From Mobula hypostoma (lineage: Eukaryota), in the NCBI RefSeq assembly GCF_963921235.1, contig NC_086097.1:157916001-157980000 (forward strand): a stretch of DNA of 64,000 bases. Direction: 5' to 3'. The notes under the pieces are model-generated. The model saw only the letters and a list, made by a program, of their open reading frames with translations. It did no database searches and was not told the origin of the DNA. The position numbers and the translations under genes were made by a program. Position 1 is the first letter of the stretch. Every line of letters starts with the position of its first letter. Shown here piece by piece: positions 1-14,039 of the stretch.

Positions 1-109
1 TGACGTTTAGATCCCTCATATGAAGGAGTTCTTCTGATATCAGTTCTAATCTTAACTAGTTCATTTGTGCCTGACTATACATAAAGAAATATCCTGCTCT
101 GGCTATAAA

Positions 110-260
110 AGATTAAAGATTAGCTTTATTTGTCACACAGGTGTCAAAACAGTGAAATGCATCATTTGTGTCAAAGACCAACACCGTCCGAAAATGTGCC
201 CAGAGCAGCTTGCAATTGTCTCCGTGCTTCCAGCACCAACATTGCATACCCACAATTTAG
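110..260 (-). repeat. SINE-type repeat family (other copies about 11085-11240 + and 60450-60600 -)
   Basis: Shared atgttggtgctg.aagca.gg...aaatga.gca.ttcactgt...gtgacaaataaa.ctaatcttt. Confidence 0.7.
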
Positions 261-1469
261 TGACTACTGGACACTTGATGTTTATATGCATCGATGAGGT
301 GAAGTGTTTAACAGTGAAGGATCCAGAGACTAGCTTAATCAATAAGATGTTAACAGACAAAAGCTACAAATGAAGAGGGAACTGACTACATTGGTAAAAG
401 ATCATGACGGAATGATATACGAGTTAGATGTATCAACTTGAATAAATTGGATAAACATTAAATCAAGCCTGAGAGGAGGTGGACCAACTCATGAAGAGAA
501 ATTTTCAGCCTCCTGATTTATTACCTGAGATTAAGATGTAAGCATTGCAAGTTTTAGCCATTGCTTTTCTGGTTGAATTCAATTCTGACCATCTGATCTA
601 ACATCTTCCCATCGCTAACCTGACAGTTACAGCCATAACATTTACTACCTGGGAATTGTCTAGCTCATCAGCACATGGAGAAAAGTTGCCTAACCAACCT
701 TTATACTCACTGATGTCATTGCTTCCTTTATTTTTGTGACGGTTGTAGAAACCATTGGTGATGTCTCTCAGCTGTATGCATTTTCAGAATGGAGAGTGGT
801 CCACTTGCCCTGCTCCCAGACAGCTGAGAAACATCCCTGGCATTTCTACATCATGGGGAAAAAGTACTGGATGAATTCAAAATGGTAAATATTTAATAAA
901 TTATTAGAGCCAAATTATCTCTTCCTTTCATCTTTTAGCCAAAATACCTCCATCACATTGCCAGGTGTATTAAGTAATTACATATTCATATTACTTTTAC
1001 AGAATTCACTTATCACAATTAACTCCACACCACATGCCATGTTACAAAATGAGTCAGAGACTTTGGGAGTGCCTGGGATCTTCTTCAAGCAGAGATGGTC
1101 CACCACTCAGCCTTTCATTCACTGTAAAAGGTGCCAGCAGAGATGAATCACTGAATGGAAAGTCCTGATAGAAAAGGCCAGAACATTTAAGCTCAAGCAG
1201 TATGATGTGCACATCAAAGTTGGCCAGTGGGATGATCAGCAAATCACCACGCCAGTTGAGACACATTCCAGCCAGAAACAAAGGCAAGTCCCGCAGTTAC
1301 TCCCTCATTCTTATTAAGTGCACAACAGAGTCGATCAAACTCATGTTGCTGTTTCTGGCAGCATGTTAATCAGTTGTTACCAAAGTTCAAAAGGTATCAA
1401 TAATTTATATGGTAACATATGTACTTTATCAAAGTAGGTAGTGGGTAGTGGCTCCATATATCACTATTA

Positions 1470-1850
1470 CAGGGTGTGACGACCTTACCTTACACGAGTC
1501 CTGGGCTCAGCTGGCTCCAGCTGACAGGATCCGGTATGCATCCCTATCCAGGGTTACGGATCCCACTGCCTTGTGGGTATCTTCGGGAGAAGAGAAGGCT
1601 AAGGAGTAAACCCTACACAAATCCGGAGTGGAGCCCCTAAGGCGGTTGGATGACGTATCACATCACCTCCCTGCAGCTCCTGCAGCCAAGCTGATGCCAA
1701 ATGTACTGCTTCGCATTCCTTTGGAGCACATCCGTGAGGCCGAGAGGGGGGTCTTCATGTCCGGGCAGCCCAGGATCTCCATATTTATCACCCAGGTCTG
1801 CGCCCCAGAACAGGCGCATCCATTGTCTACTTAGACAGACGGAGCCATGA
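1470..1850 (+). mobile_element. GC-rich, hairpin-rich non-coding element, probably RTE-derived and non-autonomous
   Basis: Sharp GC/CpG rise inside AT-rich intron; several stems visible (see findings). The family assignment rests on recalled resemblance only. Confidence 0.5.
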
Positions 1851-4800
1851 TATGTTACCATATTCTAACTACTCTGACACTTATTTTCCTGCAGGCATTC
1901 AAAGTAAAACAAAAACATGCAACAGAATCAATGAAAACAAACACACAAATAAAGATTGACAAACAGCCAATGTGTAAAAGACTACAAAAAAACAAATAAA
2001 TAACAACAACCAGAGATTGACTTTGAGGCAAAAATCTATTCCATTGAACTCTGTATGAAGAGAGCATGAGCATGCACCTCCCAGTATTAAGATCACCCAT
2101 GCACAGCAAGAGTAAATGGACTGGAATTTTGCAGAGAGAGAGAGTAGTGAATAGTGAGAGTAATGGGAGCTCACTGCTAAAATAATAACAGCAGCTTCTG
2201 AAACATGCAGGTGCGCAGTTATGTGCAGAAATTTGGAAGCTGCATTCAAATATTTCTGCCTCTCCCAAAAAAGTTGAAGATTATTCCTTAACAATGGCAT
2301 TAGAACTGGCCGATGCTACTTACTCATCTGAAATATTAACTCAATGATTCATTTTACATTGACACTGTTGAATATGCAGGTCATTTATACCGTTCCCATT
2401 TTCATTGCAGGTTTCTACAGCAGCAATGACCTGCACTTCACAGCTTTAACATGTTTCTTTGTTTTCTCTCCCACTAACAGGCCCCATTAATCTATTATAC
2501 TATATATACTCCACATACTGCAGAAACCCCAGCCTTACCCTACCAGAGATATTCTTGTTGTCCAACCTATTCCTCATTTAGCCTCCTTGCACCCAAGAAC
2601 TAACTGATTTTCCCGCACTCCTCATTCTGACAAAGGGCTTTCAGACTGAAACATTGGTTTAAAAAGCATTTCTATTCAATATTTCCAGCATTTCCTGTTC
2701 AAATCTCTTTAGGCTTTGCTGTTTCGCCTCCTTCTCCAGAGTCATCTGGAAAAGTGTCATCAATAAACTGAAAAAAATACAAATTATATTTGCAGTTGAA
2801 AGAACCTCAAAAGATTTACTTCTATAAGATGGGAGCCAGATTTTAAATAAATGCAAATGTCTTAATATTGCTCATAAAAAGTCAGCCTTATAAACATTAT
2901 CATGTTTGACCTGTCAATCCCTGTTATTTTCTTTTCAAAATATTACATAATGAAAATATTTTACTTGAGTATTAAAAGTGTATGTTATTCCCTCAATGTC
3001 ATGGGTATGATGCAAACTTCATTCCATATATTTTAAAATCTTCAGAAATACAGTTATTGCATCTTTCTCCTTAGTTAGCAATGTTTCCAGTGTGATCGTC
3101 TACTCAACCTGTTTGATAGTATCAGTGCTGTTAGATTCATAGAAACTCTGGAGCTGAAACCTGGCACTATTAACACTGGAAATTGAGAAATCCAGAACAA
3201 AGTGATGGGTAGGCATTTGTAGCAAGTTCCATTCAAGGTCAGTGGCAATGAAAATCAAATAAAACTGCGGTTGCTGGAATCTGAAGCAAAAAGAGACATG
3301 CTGGAAGAAGTTGGCCAGTCAGATTGACTGAGTTCTGTTTCTGTTTCAGTGGAAATGTCATCTCTTTCAACTGAGCCACCAATATAATCAGAACAAGAGT
3401 TTGACCATCACTCCTAATCATTAAAATTAGTTTCAATAATTAAATTAAGTCAGCTTTTTCAATTTTTTTTCTAATACTGAGCATTGTAGAATTATCATTG
3501 CCTGCAAAATGACTGTCGACAGCTTAGTGTGAGGTGAGGAAAAGAGGAAGTAAAACAGAAAAATGAATAAAAAATTCCTACTTCAATGACTTCTCATTGA
3601 TTTCTATCAGGCATTATTTTCATGGTGAAAAGGTAATTCTGTTTAAGATGGGATTCACATGCTCAACTATTCATTGATTTAAGATACAATATATTTCTCA
3701 TCTCAGAACACATCAAATACATCTTGGTACAATCTCAATATTCCTAGAAAAATCATTACTTCCCTTGGATATAAATCAAAGTTGTCAACTGTGCATTTGA
3801 CATCCAAATTAGGTCAGTGAGCAGCAGCACACATCTGATAGGCAGCCTAACGGCTGGGAAATAATTGTTTCATTCCAACCTAATTAGGTGGAAATCAGAC
3901 AGTCAAAGCAATGAGCTCTTTTAGAAAATGTTTGAGGTGACATTTTTTTAACGAGAAATATTTCACCACTGATGAGAATATCTATACACAGTATTTTGGT
4001 CCTCCTGTGCCTGCACTACAACATTTCAAAATGGCATGCCTTTAGCTGCAGAATAAACATCCTTGTATGCTACCCTTGAATACGCTTTCTTAACCCCAAC
4101 CTCAGATGTACACAATCTATTCTTAAGCATCAGTGTTTCCGTTCTCAAGCCATATTGGTACCATTTTCATGCCAATGGCTGTCAAATCATGACAATTGTA
4201 CATTATGTCCTCATCCCAAATTAATTAATTGCATTTCAAGAGAAGTATATTTTTATATCATTAGGCTGTATTTGATTTTATTTCTGTCGTCAACATTAGA
4301 AAATGTAGAATAAAAATTAATTTGATTGTTATAAGCAAAGACTTGCATTTATGTAGCATTTTACACTCCCCTGTCTAAATATCCTTGAATATATTACTGC
4401 TAATGAGCTTATTTACTGTGTTTACTGTGGTTCATGAGTGGCCAGTTTAAGTTTAAATTTTTTTTGCCTTAGGATAAGCTTTTTCCCTGTTTCCACTGCA
4501 GTGCTTTCATTAACACGTTTTATCTACTAAGAGAGAAAGCCAATGAATTGAAAGGTGATAGAACCGTGACTTCCATGTAAGTTTTATTCAGTTACTTTCA
4601 CCACTTTCTGACATCAAGACAAACAGATTACCAAGATTTATGAATATTGTGCACGTTAGATATTCTATACTCTCTATTTCTTACATTGCGTCCATTTGTC
4701 TGCTCTATCTAGTCGTGTTTTGAAGTATCATACAAATTAGATCCAATGTCTACCACCGTCAATTCATACATAACTCCTTCATTCTTTTCAATTCCCAAAC

Positions 4801-5374
4801 TCTGTCAGTATGTAAGGTCCTTCAGTCATTCTTCCTTGAAAAAACTGATGGGCTTCTACATCCCATAGTCAATTCCTAGGCCTATCTCTGTCTCCTATTT
4901 ATATTGATTGACTCCTGTCTTTATTTATTGAAAAGCTGAGGGCAACAAAGGAGCAGTGCAAATCAAATTCTGGATGGAAAATGGAGAAGAATTTTTGTTT
5001 TTTGCCAAATAAAAGGTTTTTGATTGTACATGACAGTTAATTTTCATATTGGTGGTGTTGTTCGTGATTACGTTGAAAAACCAAATGTATCCTTTTCTCT
5101 TTGTAATCATTACTATCATGGATACTGTTGAAGGCCATGAGGCAGAAGGAGGGCCAGGAATCACTATAAGCTAGAAAATGAAATGGAGAAGCAATGAGAA
5201 AGGTCAAAGTTTCCTTCCAAAGAAAACACTGTCCTTTAGAAAGCAGAAGTTGGGAAAATGTATTTAAATTTTCTCTCCTCAACTGAATTTATGGTCAGCA
5301 CAGGAACAGTAAAGTTCCACTTAATTGATCTGACTACTGCTGAAAACTTATTCCATTTTTCCACATTTTTTTTA

Positions 5375-6850
5375 AACATAGAAGAGTACAGGCCCTTTGG
5401 CCCATGATGTTGTTCCAAACCTTTAACCTACTCCAAGATCAATCTAACCCTTTGCTCCAATATAGCCCTCTATTTTTCTTTCATCCATGTGCCTATCTAA
5501 AACCATCTTAAATGTCCCAAATATAACTGCCTCTATCACCAACCCAGCAGTGCATTCCACGCACCTACAATTCCCTGTGGAAAAAACCTGCCTCTGACAA
5601 CCCACAAAACTTTCCCCCCAACACCTTAAAGTTATGCCCCTTTTGTATTAGCCATATCCACCCTGGGAAAAGGTTTCTGACTGTCCACTTGATCTATGCC
5701 TCTATGTACACCTCTGTCAAGTCACCACTCATCCTCCTCCTCTCCAAAGAGAAAAGCCCTAGCTTGCTTAACCTACCGTCATAAGACTTTCTTCATACTT
5801 TCTGATCCAGGCATTATCCTGGTAAATCTCCTCTGCATCCTCTAAAACTTGCACATCCTTCCTATAATGAAAACAATATTCCTACTACGGTCTAACTAGT
5901 GCGTTGTAGAGCTGCAGCATAACCTCACAGCTCTTGAGAGGTAATCCCCGGGCTAATGACGGCCAACACACCATATATCTTCTTCACTACCCTGTCAAAT
6001 TCCGCTGCAACTTTGAGGGATCTGGGGACATGGACCCCCATGATTCGTCTGTTCCTCCACACTATTAGGAATCCTGCCATTAACCCTGTAATCTGCCTTC
6101 AAGTTCAACCTTTTGAACTGAATCTCTTCATATTTTTCTGATTAATCTCCATCTGCCACTTCTCAGCCCAGCTCTGCATCCCATTGCAACTAAACGGCAA
6201 CCTTTTATACTATTCGCAACACCTACACCATTTGGAAATTTACCACCCCACTCATCTGCAAACAAGAGAAAATCTACCGATGCTGGAAATCCGAGCAACA
6301 CACACAAAATGCTGCCTGGCCTGCTGAGTTCCTCCAGCATTTTGTGTGTGTCACTTCCTCATCATTTTAAAAATATCACAAAGAGTAGGGGTCTTAGAAC
6401 AGATCCCTGTGGAATACCATTAGTCACTGACTTCCAGGCAGAATATGCACCATCTACTACCACCCTCTACCTTGTGTGGGCAAGCCAATTCTGAGTCCAC
6501 ATAGCCAAGTTTCCATAAATCCAGTGCCTCGTGAATTTCTGAATGAGTCTACCATGGGGATTCTAATCAAATGCCTTATTAAAATCCACATACATTACGT
6601 CCTCTGCTTTGAGTTCCTCAATATGCTTTGTAACTTGCTTAACTAATTCAATCAAGCTCTTGAGGCACATCCTGCCCCTCACAAAGCAATGTTGACTATC
6701 CTGAATCAGACTATGTTTCTCCAAATGCTTGCAAATTCTGTCTCTCAGAATCATCTCTGATTATAAGTGACGCAAGAGTCACTTATAATTTATAGCGTTA
6801 TCTCTATTATTTTTCTTGTTCTAAAGAGTAACTTTTGCCACCCTCCAATC
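5375..6850 (-). mobile_element. CR1 LINE fragment with a nested Penelope-type foldback insert (about 6262-6351)
   Basis: RDRICKHLEKHSLIQDSQHCFVRGRMCL...YVDFNKAFD and GIPQGSVL motifs; CR1 3' tail near 5375. Confidence 0.88.
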
Positions 6851-8454
6851 CTCTGGCATTATTGTTAAAATCTACTCATTGATTGGGGCAATTGCATATA
6901 TTATCCTTTAAGGCAGAGATGCAAAATGATGAGGGACAAATATGTTCCACATCATGATAGAATCTGGACTTTACTAATGTTACTTGGGCATTTTTACATT
7001 AAATGTTTTTAGCTGAAATAGTGTCACAGGGACTCTAAAAAGAATGTAAATTAATAGGCAAAACCACAAATGATTTGCAATCTTATGAAAAGTCTTTTCT
7101 AGGACATTGTATTGTCAAGCTACAATTGGAATATATCCAGCACTGCAAAATTAAATTGTTTCATACAAGTCTCCGTTGAAATCATGTTCGTCATCAGTTG
7201 GTGCTATGTACAAACTGTTAAGGATATTAACAAAGTGTGAATATTTTTCTCTACTTTGTCTTGGACTTTGAAAGTTCTTTGTGATTTGTTCTCTAATTTA
7301 TGAGAAGTCATTTTTTTTTGTTGGAGATACTATTAATCTTTTAGCTGGAGCTTCAGTTAAATGAAAAACTCTGAGCATATACCATTAAATTCTAATTCAC
7401 AAGAAATTTCCATTTTCATATGCAATTTCATTTTTTATTCATCTTATTTTTCCCTGTCCTTTTCGACAGAAAGTAGTGAAGCAATAATAGATACAGACGT
7501 ATTAAAGCTACAGGTCTGAATCCACGGTCAAATATTCCCTTGATGCAAGTCAAAAATACCTATAACTCTACATCAACATAGTATCCCAATGTCCTTTAGA
7601 ACAAGCTTTCTATCTTAAACTGTGCACATAAAAATTACTTTAGTTCCTTTTAGCTGTTTCGTTTAGTCACAAATAAATCTTTGATCAATTACAATGGCTG
7701 CAAGTACATTTATCAGTGCATTTGTTTTTTTTTTCATTTATTATCAAAGTATGTATAAATTACACAACCTTGAGATTTGCTTGCTCACAGGTAGCCACAA
7801 AGCAAGAAACTTGAAAGAACCCAATTAAAGAAAACAAAGAATCAAAATAAAAATCCAACACTCAATGCACAAGAGAAAAGTAAACTAAAAATCATGCAAA
7901 CAATTGAAGCAAACAACAAAAGCATTCCAAATTAAAACTGAGTCCTCAGATCTGAACCCCAGTGCAGACCAGAGACGACCCAAAGTCTTGTTTATCAGTT
8001 CATCATATTAGCGGCCACAGAGCACAGTGGCCGGGGCAGTCTTCACAGTCTCAGTGCTGTGGAGAGAGGAGTGACCATCACGGACAGCGAGTGAAATCGG
8101 CTCTCATCCTGACCAACACCCAGAATGTTCTTTCACAGAACGTGGGTAACATTGTTAGGCCATTAGGTATTGCCCCACGACTGAGCAGATTTTTAGAGGG
8201 CAGTTAAGAATCAACCACATTGCTGAACAGGTGGGGTAATGTAAGATTCAAATTGTAAATGGTCAGCAGATCTACTTACCTTAGGGTACAGGATGCTTTT
8301 TGTATACTCACAGTAATTTCATAGTCATCCTTACAGAAACTAAGTTTTAAATTTCAGGCATAATTAATTAATTGAATTTAATTTCCACCTGCTGCTGAAA
8401 TGAGATTAGATCTTATGATCAACAGCCAAGAATTCTGGATTCCCATTAAACAGC

Positions 8455-9400
8455 CTAAGACTGAACATGGAGAACACAAACAAAATCATTGTGGACTTCA
8501 GGGAGGTGCAGACAAACCGTCCCCCTCATGGCTCCTCCATAGAGAGAGTTAAGTGCATCAAGTTCCTGAGGGTTCACATCATGGATAGCCTCACCTGTTC
8601 CCTTAATATCACCTCCCTGAACAAGAAGGCACAACAGTGCCTCCACTTCCTTAGAAGATCAGGGCAAGCAAGGCTCCCTCCCCACCCCCCAACCTATCTT
8701 AACTGCATTTTACAGGAGCACCACTGGGCACATTGTAACAAGTTGCATCTCCATCTGGTATGGGAGCAGTCGAGCTAAAGGTCCCTACAAAGGTCTGTGA
8801 GAACAGCTGAGAGGATCATAGTGGTCTCCCTACCATCCACTGGGGACATTAATCAGAAGCTTTGCATACACAAGGCCCTTAGTATTATTAAGGATCCCAC
8901 CCATCCATACAGCATCCTCTTTGACTTTCTACCATCAGGCAGGAAACCACAATGCATAAAAATGAGGATGGTCAGGATGAGAAGCAGTTTCTTCCCCTGG
9001 GCCATTAGGCTTCTGAACTCTCTGCTGCATCATATTTGAAGTATCACTAGTTAATCTCTTCCATACTTTACAATATTAAATATTAGCAACACACATCAAA
9101 GTTGCTGGTGAACGCAGCAGGCCAGGCAGCATCTCTAGGAAGAGGTACAGTCGACGTTTCGGGCCGAGACCCTTGCTTGCTTGAATTTCCAGCATCTGCA
9201 GAATTCCTCGTGTTTAAATATTTAATATTAATGCACTTTGTTATTTATGTGTGATTCATCTGTGGATTTTACCCTTACCTTCAGAAGTTATCGTGTGTTA
9301 TGTACTTTACACCCTGGTTTGAAGAAACTTTGTTTCATTTCTATATACATTATATACGTGTTTGTAGTTAAAACACAATAAACTTCACTTGACTTGACTT
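8455..9400 (+). mobile_element. Rex1/Babar-like LINE 3' fragment with a nested hammerhead-type insert (about 9086-9215)
   Basis: KIIVDFR...KFLRVHI...KKAQQCLHFLRR...RTAERII...IIKDPTHP...LPSGR...SFFPWAIRLLN; (CTTGA)n tail near 9385-9400. Confidence 0.85.
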
Positions 9401-10143
9401 GAATAACATAAGCACAATGCAACCAAAAGTCACTTTCTACAATCGCTACCTAGTATAGTTCACTACCGGAAACAGCAATATGCTCATGAATTGACAAATT
9501 AGAGGAGTAATTTTTGGCCAGGACCCCAAAGAGAACTCCTCTACTCCTCCAAAATTATGTCACCACAAAAACAAGAACATTTAGTTTGATTATCAGTGAA
9601 GAAATTATACCACAAACAGATTCAACAATGAAGACAGGATGTTATATAAATATCTCAAACAATCTACAGCTCATGTCAATCCACTTCTTTTGACAACTGC
9701 GAGTTTGACTCTGCCGCAGAGGGACTTGGAAGAGTTGAGAACCTGATAGATTTATTCAACTTCATAATTGGCATATGTGACGAATTTGGATCCAAATGGT
9801 GAAGTGGTGAATGGAAACAAGAGTCTACAATTAATGACTGAGTTTTCCTAGTGGATGTTGTTTCTTTGATCGGGGAAATATGGGCAAGGCTCCCTGTGAA
9901 GACTTAGTAAATTAATGTTTTGATGAAACAAATGATTGTACGTTCTAGTATCAATTGTTTGGTGGCAATAAAGTAAAGTAAATGTTAACTCTGTTCCTCT
10001 CTCCACAGATGCCAACTTAACAAATATGCTGCAATACAGATCCTAGTGACTTGGTTCTGCTGTTTGATCTCAATATTTGTTGTCAATTTTTCCCCTTGCC
10101 CATCTTCCTAATTCTAATCTTGTTCCTCACTCATTCCAACATG

Positions 10144-10665
10144 CACTCAATGGCCACTTTAGTAGGTACACCTGCTCATTAATGCAAATATCTAAACAAT
10201 CACATGGCAACAATCCAATACATAAGAGCATGCAGACATGGTTCAAAGGTTCAGTTGGTGTTCAAGCCAGACATCCAAGTGAGGAAGAGATGTGATCTAA
10301 GTGACTTTGACCATGGAATGATTGTTGGTGCCAGATAGGGTGGTTTGAGTATTTAAAAAACTGCTAGTCTCCTGGGATTTTCATGCACTACAGTCTTTAG
10401 AGTTTACAGAAATGATGCTAGAAACAGAAGTCAACCAGTGAGCAGCAGTTCTGTGGGTGAAAATGTCTTGTTTATGAGAGAGGTTAGAGGAGAATGGATA
10501 GACTGGCTCAAGCTGATAGGAAAGCGACTGTAACTCAAAGAACCACGCATTAGAACAATGATGAACAGAAGAGCATCTCTGAATGCACAACATATTGAAC
10601 CTTGAAATACAGCAGAAGACCACACTGGGTTGCACTGCTATACCAAGTACAGTGCCCACTGAGTG
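10144..10665 (+). mobile_element. Tc1-like DNA transposon, internally deleted (N-terminal HTH region only)
   Basis: Terminal inverted repeats cactcaatgg / ccactgagtg followed by TA; decayed CDLSDFDHGMIVGAR..GLSI...LLGFS.TTV.RVYR transposase N-terminus. Confidence 0.88.
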
Positions 10666-13600
10666 TACATCCAGGCAATGTAAGATTTTTTTTTAAACTG
10701 TAGATGTTGGAAACTTGAAATAAACCCAGAAATTTCTGTAAGTATTCAGCATTCAGGCAGCAACATGTAGAGAGATAACACTTCATGTCAATCTCTTTTC
10801 ATCAGAGTGCACAAATATGGAGCAATCCCTCATCTGATGACAATTTCCTACATACTAGCAAAAGCAGAGTTGATAATAAAAATCACATTATTTGAAGAAG
10901 GGAGTACCACAGCCAATCCAACAGCCACATACTTCTAAAATAGTAAACGTGGCTATGGCAGATTATTTTTGCAAGAAATGTGTCTAATGACAGCATACAA
11001 AATCACTGCAACATTGAAAATTATAATAATAGTTATCAAGTTTATATAGGTTTATGGATATCTTTAAGGTTAGTGTTAGTAAAGTGTGGGGAGTATTATG
11101 TTGGTGCTGCAAGCATGGTGATACTTGTGGGCTGTCCGCAGCACATCTTCAGAATGTGTTGATCACTAATGCAAATGACGCACTTCACTGTATGTTTTGA
11201 TGTTTCAATGGACATGTGACAAATAAAACTAATCTTTAATATTGGTTACAAATATTGTCTGTTTATTTTTATGTTCTGTAGCACTATCTTACCATTGTCA
11301 AACTGACATAGATGTCAAGAGTAATGCAGCATTCAAAGTTTGTCATCTACAGGATCTTCAACCACATTGCACTGAAAGATAACATTTGCTGAGACAAGTT
11401 CTACCATCACTGAGCAATCAAAAGCCTATCAGTTTAAATCTTCACTCTTAGTCATGCTGCTGCACGCTGCTCTGAACACATAAAGCTTATGCTTTATTCA
11501 GTGCACATTGAAATCTGACCATTTCCCACAACCTCAAGCAGTTCAGTAGAACCAAAGCAGAGCCCGTTTTCCTCATACTTAATTTCCTCTTCATGGATGA
11601 TGTGGGTATGCAAAGCAGATGCCTCTGAAATACCTGAGACACCCGTGAGGGTCAGAACACAAGGTGAATACAGTATAATTAACCCAATATCTGATCTTCT
11701 TAGGCTTCTCTGGAAGCCACTCCCTTACGTCATTATCAGGGCAGCAACATATACATGGACCATTTTTCCACAAGATGGTCCCACTTGCATCTTTGACCAT
11801 AGTGTACTTCAAGTACAAGTTCATACAGGTGCCTGCACTGCTGTCACAACTATCCTCAAGGTAGGCCCCCTCCCTCTGTATTTCATATCCTCAGGCTCAC
11901 TTTGCTCAGCAGCTGCAAAGTCACATCATCATGGGTTGCTGTTCGCTACTGTATTAGGGAGGTCATTAGCACTCTCTGCTACACAAACCAGATACTTCAC
12001 CTTCAGCCCACAGGAAAAGGAAGAACATCTATAGGCCTTGCTGCCTTTTCAGGCTTTTCTAAAGTGCAGCTGCTGACTGAAACTAAGCTTATGGCAATTA
12101 TAGTTCCCATTGTCAACACACAAATATTCATTTAGTTGGAGGGAGTGCAATTATCAGAAGGAAGAGAAAATGAAGATATATTAGGTGGTCCCACAGCAGT
12201 GTTAAAGTGTAAATGTTACATTTCAAAACTAAGCATGCATCATAACTATAATGCAAATACTTGTCATGCTTGCAACTTCTACCTTTTGGCAAATATTCAT
12301 TCCTGGATATGTTTGAGGGTATAACTTTGCACGTGTATCAGATTGCCAAATTCATGCCAAAGTCAGAACTCAAGATAAACTGTCATTTACTAACATGTTT
12401 GCAAGCAGCAAGAATTTTTAATGAAGCCTTAACTGACCTCTGACTACTAAGATTGAGTCCTGATCACAGATCTATGATATTGCAGTGGTAGGTGTTCTCA
12501 AAATTTAGGAACCTTCTGCTGCCTGACTAGTGTACTGCTGCATACTACAACACCTCTTTGTATTTGCCCTCTTAAATGTCTGGGATTGGGCAGTACTGGT
12601 GTCTTCATATATTTAAAAATATGCTTGTATTATATGCATGCAAATATGTGAGACAGGGTAAGAGCCAGAAATGTGGCAGTGTCACCTTGATATGGTCTGC
12701 TACCTTATGAAGGCTATATTTTCCAATCCATAAACTTTGGCAAGCTGATATCCCAGAAGACTACAACAGACCTCAGTAAAGTTTGTGTTATAGACCATTT
12801 ACAGCACCTGACTATTGTCCTAATTTAATGTCCTCCTGATACATGAAAAGTCCATTAATTGAGAATGGTTGAAAGTGTACGTCTTCGTTGATCTTCAGGT
12901 TAAGACATCTGTTCTGAAGAATAAGGCTGTGCTTAGATGCCGAGAAACCACATCTGGCAGATGACAGACATGGTCCACTTCTCCTGGGGCCGCTGGCTCA
13001 ACTCTTCCAGTATGTAGCACTTCAAAAGATTTAACCTCCTGATGAAGAGTCAACTGTTCATTCCCCTCAATAATTGCTGCCTGATTTGCTGAGTTCCTCC
13101 AGCATTTTGTGCATGTTGTTACTGTTCCGAGGTGGCCCCCTTTCACTCTGAAACATCATCTGTCAGTTCTTAGCAACCTTTGCGATAGAAAACAGTCCCA
13201 AAAGTTTACTGAGTGGGGAATATGTTCTTAGATGATTGTATGAAATAGATATGGGAAAAAATGTAGAAGAGTATATGTAGGGGGATTAGTGAAATGTCAG
13301 AGAAAGTGGGTTGATGAGTCAGTGAGTGGATGAGCTATGGTGAATATGTGTGCTGGAGGTAGAATATAACTGGGAGAAGGATCAGAGGAGCAGGATTAGG
13401 TCATAGAAAGATTGAAAGTAGTAACAGGAGTAGACTATTCAGATCCGCTAGTCTGCCCCACCATTCAATATGATTATGGCTGAATGCAGTATCTTGTTTG
13501 TAATTTCTCCCCATATCTCTGATCCTTTATTCCCTCCATGTCCCTTGATCCTTTTAGTAGCATAAATTCCTTCTAGATTATATTTCAGTATTTGGCACAA

Positions 13601-14039
13601 AGAAAGAAATGGAGCACAAATGACAGGGACAGACAGAGACAGGAATTTGCACTGAGGGAGAAGGATCATAGCAATGACTCAGAGAGCGAAGGGCACATGG
13701 AGTACAGTGGTGATAGGGAAAAATGACAAAAACATGGGGAAGAAAGAAAGAGGGGAAGGAAGAAAGAGGGGAAGAAAGAAAGAGGGAGTGTAACAGGGAA
13801 CTGAAAGTCACTATTTAATTACAGGACTGTCAATTTAAGATAAATGGTTTTCTTTTCTTTCTCATAGGGTTCTCTTTGGAGCTCTCTTCTTCAAAGGGTG
13901 GCTGGAAGCAGGGTGCTTGAATCATTTTAGAGCAAGGGGTGAAACTTCACAGCACTGAATGGGAACACTGATTTGAGGTTCTCATCAAGTCGACCATGAG
14001 CTTGCAGATAATGGAGAAGGCTTAAAGGTCAAGTCGCCT

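Noticed and set aside
1545..1615. Canonical HDV-like ribozyme
   Set aside because: GGCTAAGG is present, but L3 is 6 nt and lacks the usual UCC, and no convincing P1/P1.1 could be built. Kept only as an unclassified structured RNA.
11597..12034. 145-aa plus-strand ORF as a novel gene
   Set aside because: No recognisable domain or splice structure. Nearby frames show LFMDD and IG.AAF remnants of a decayed RTE-like RT.
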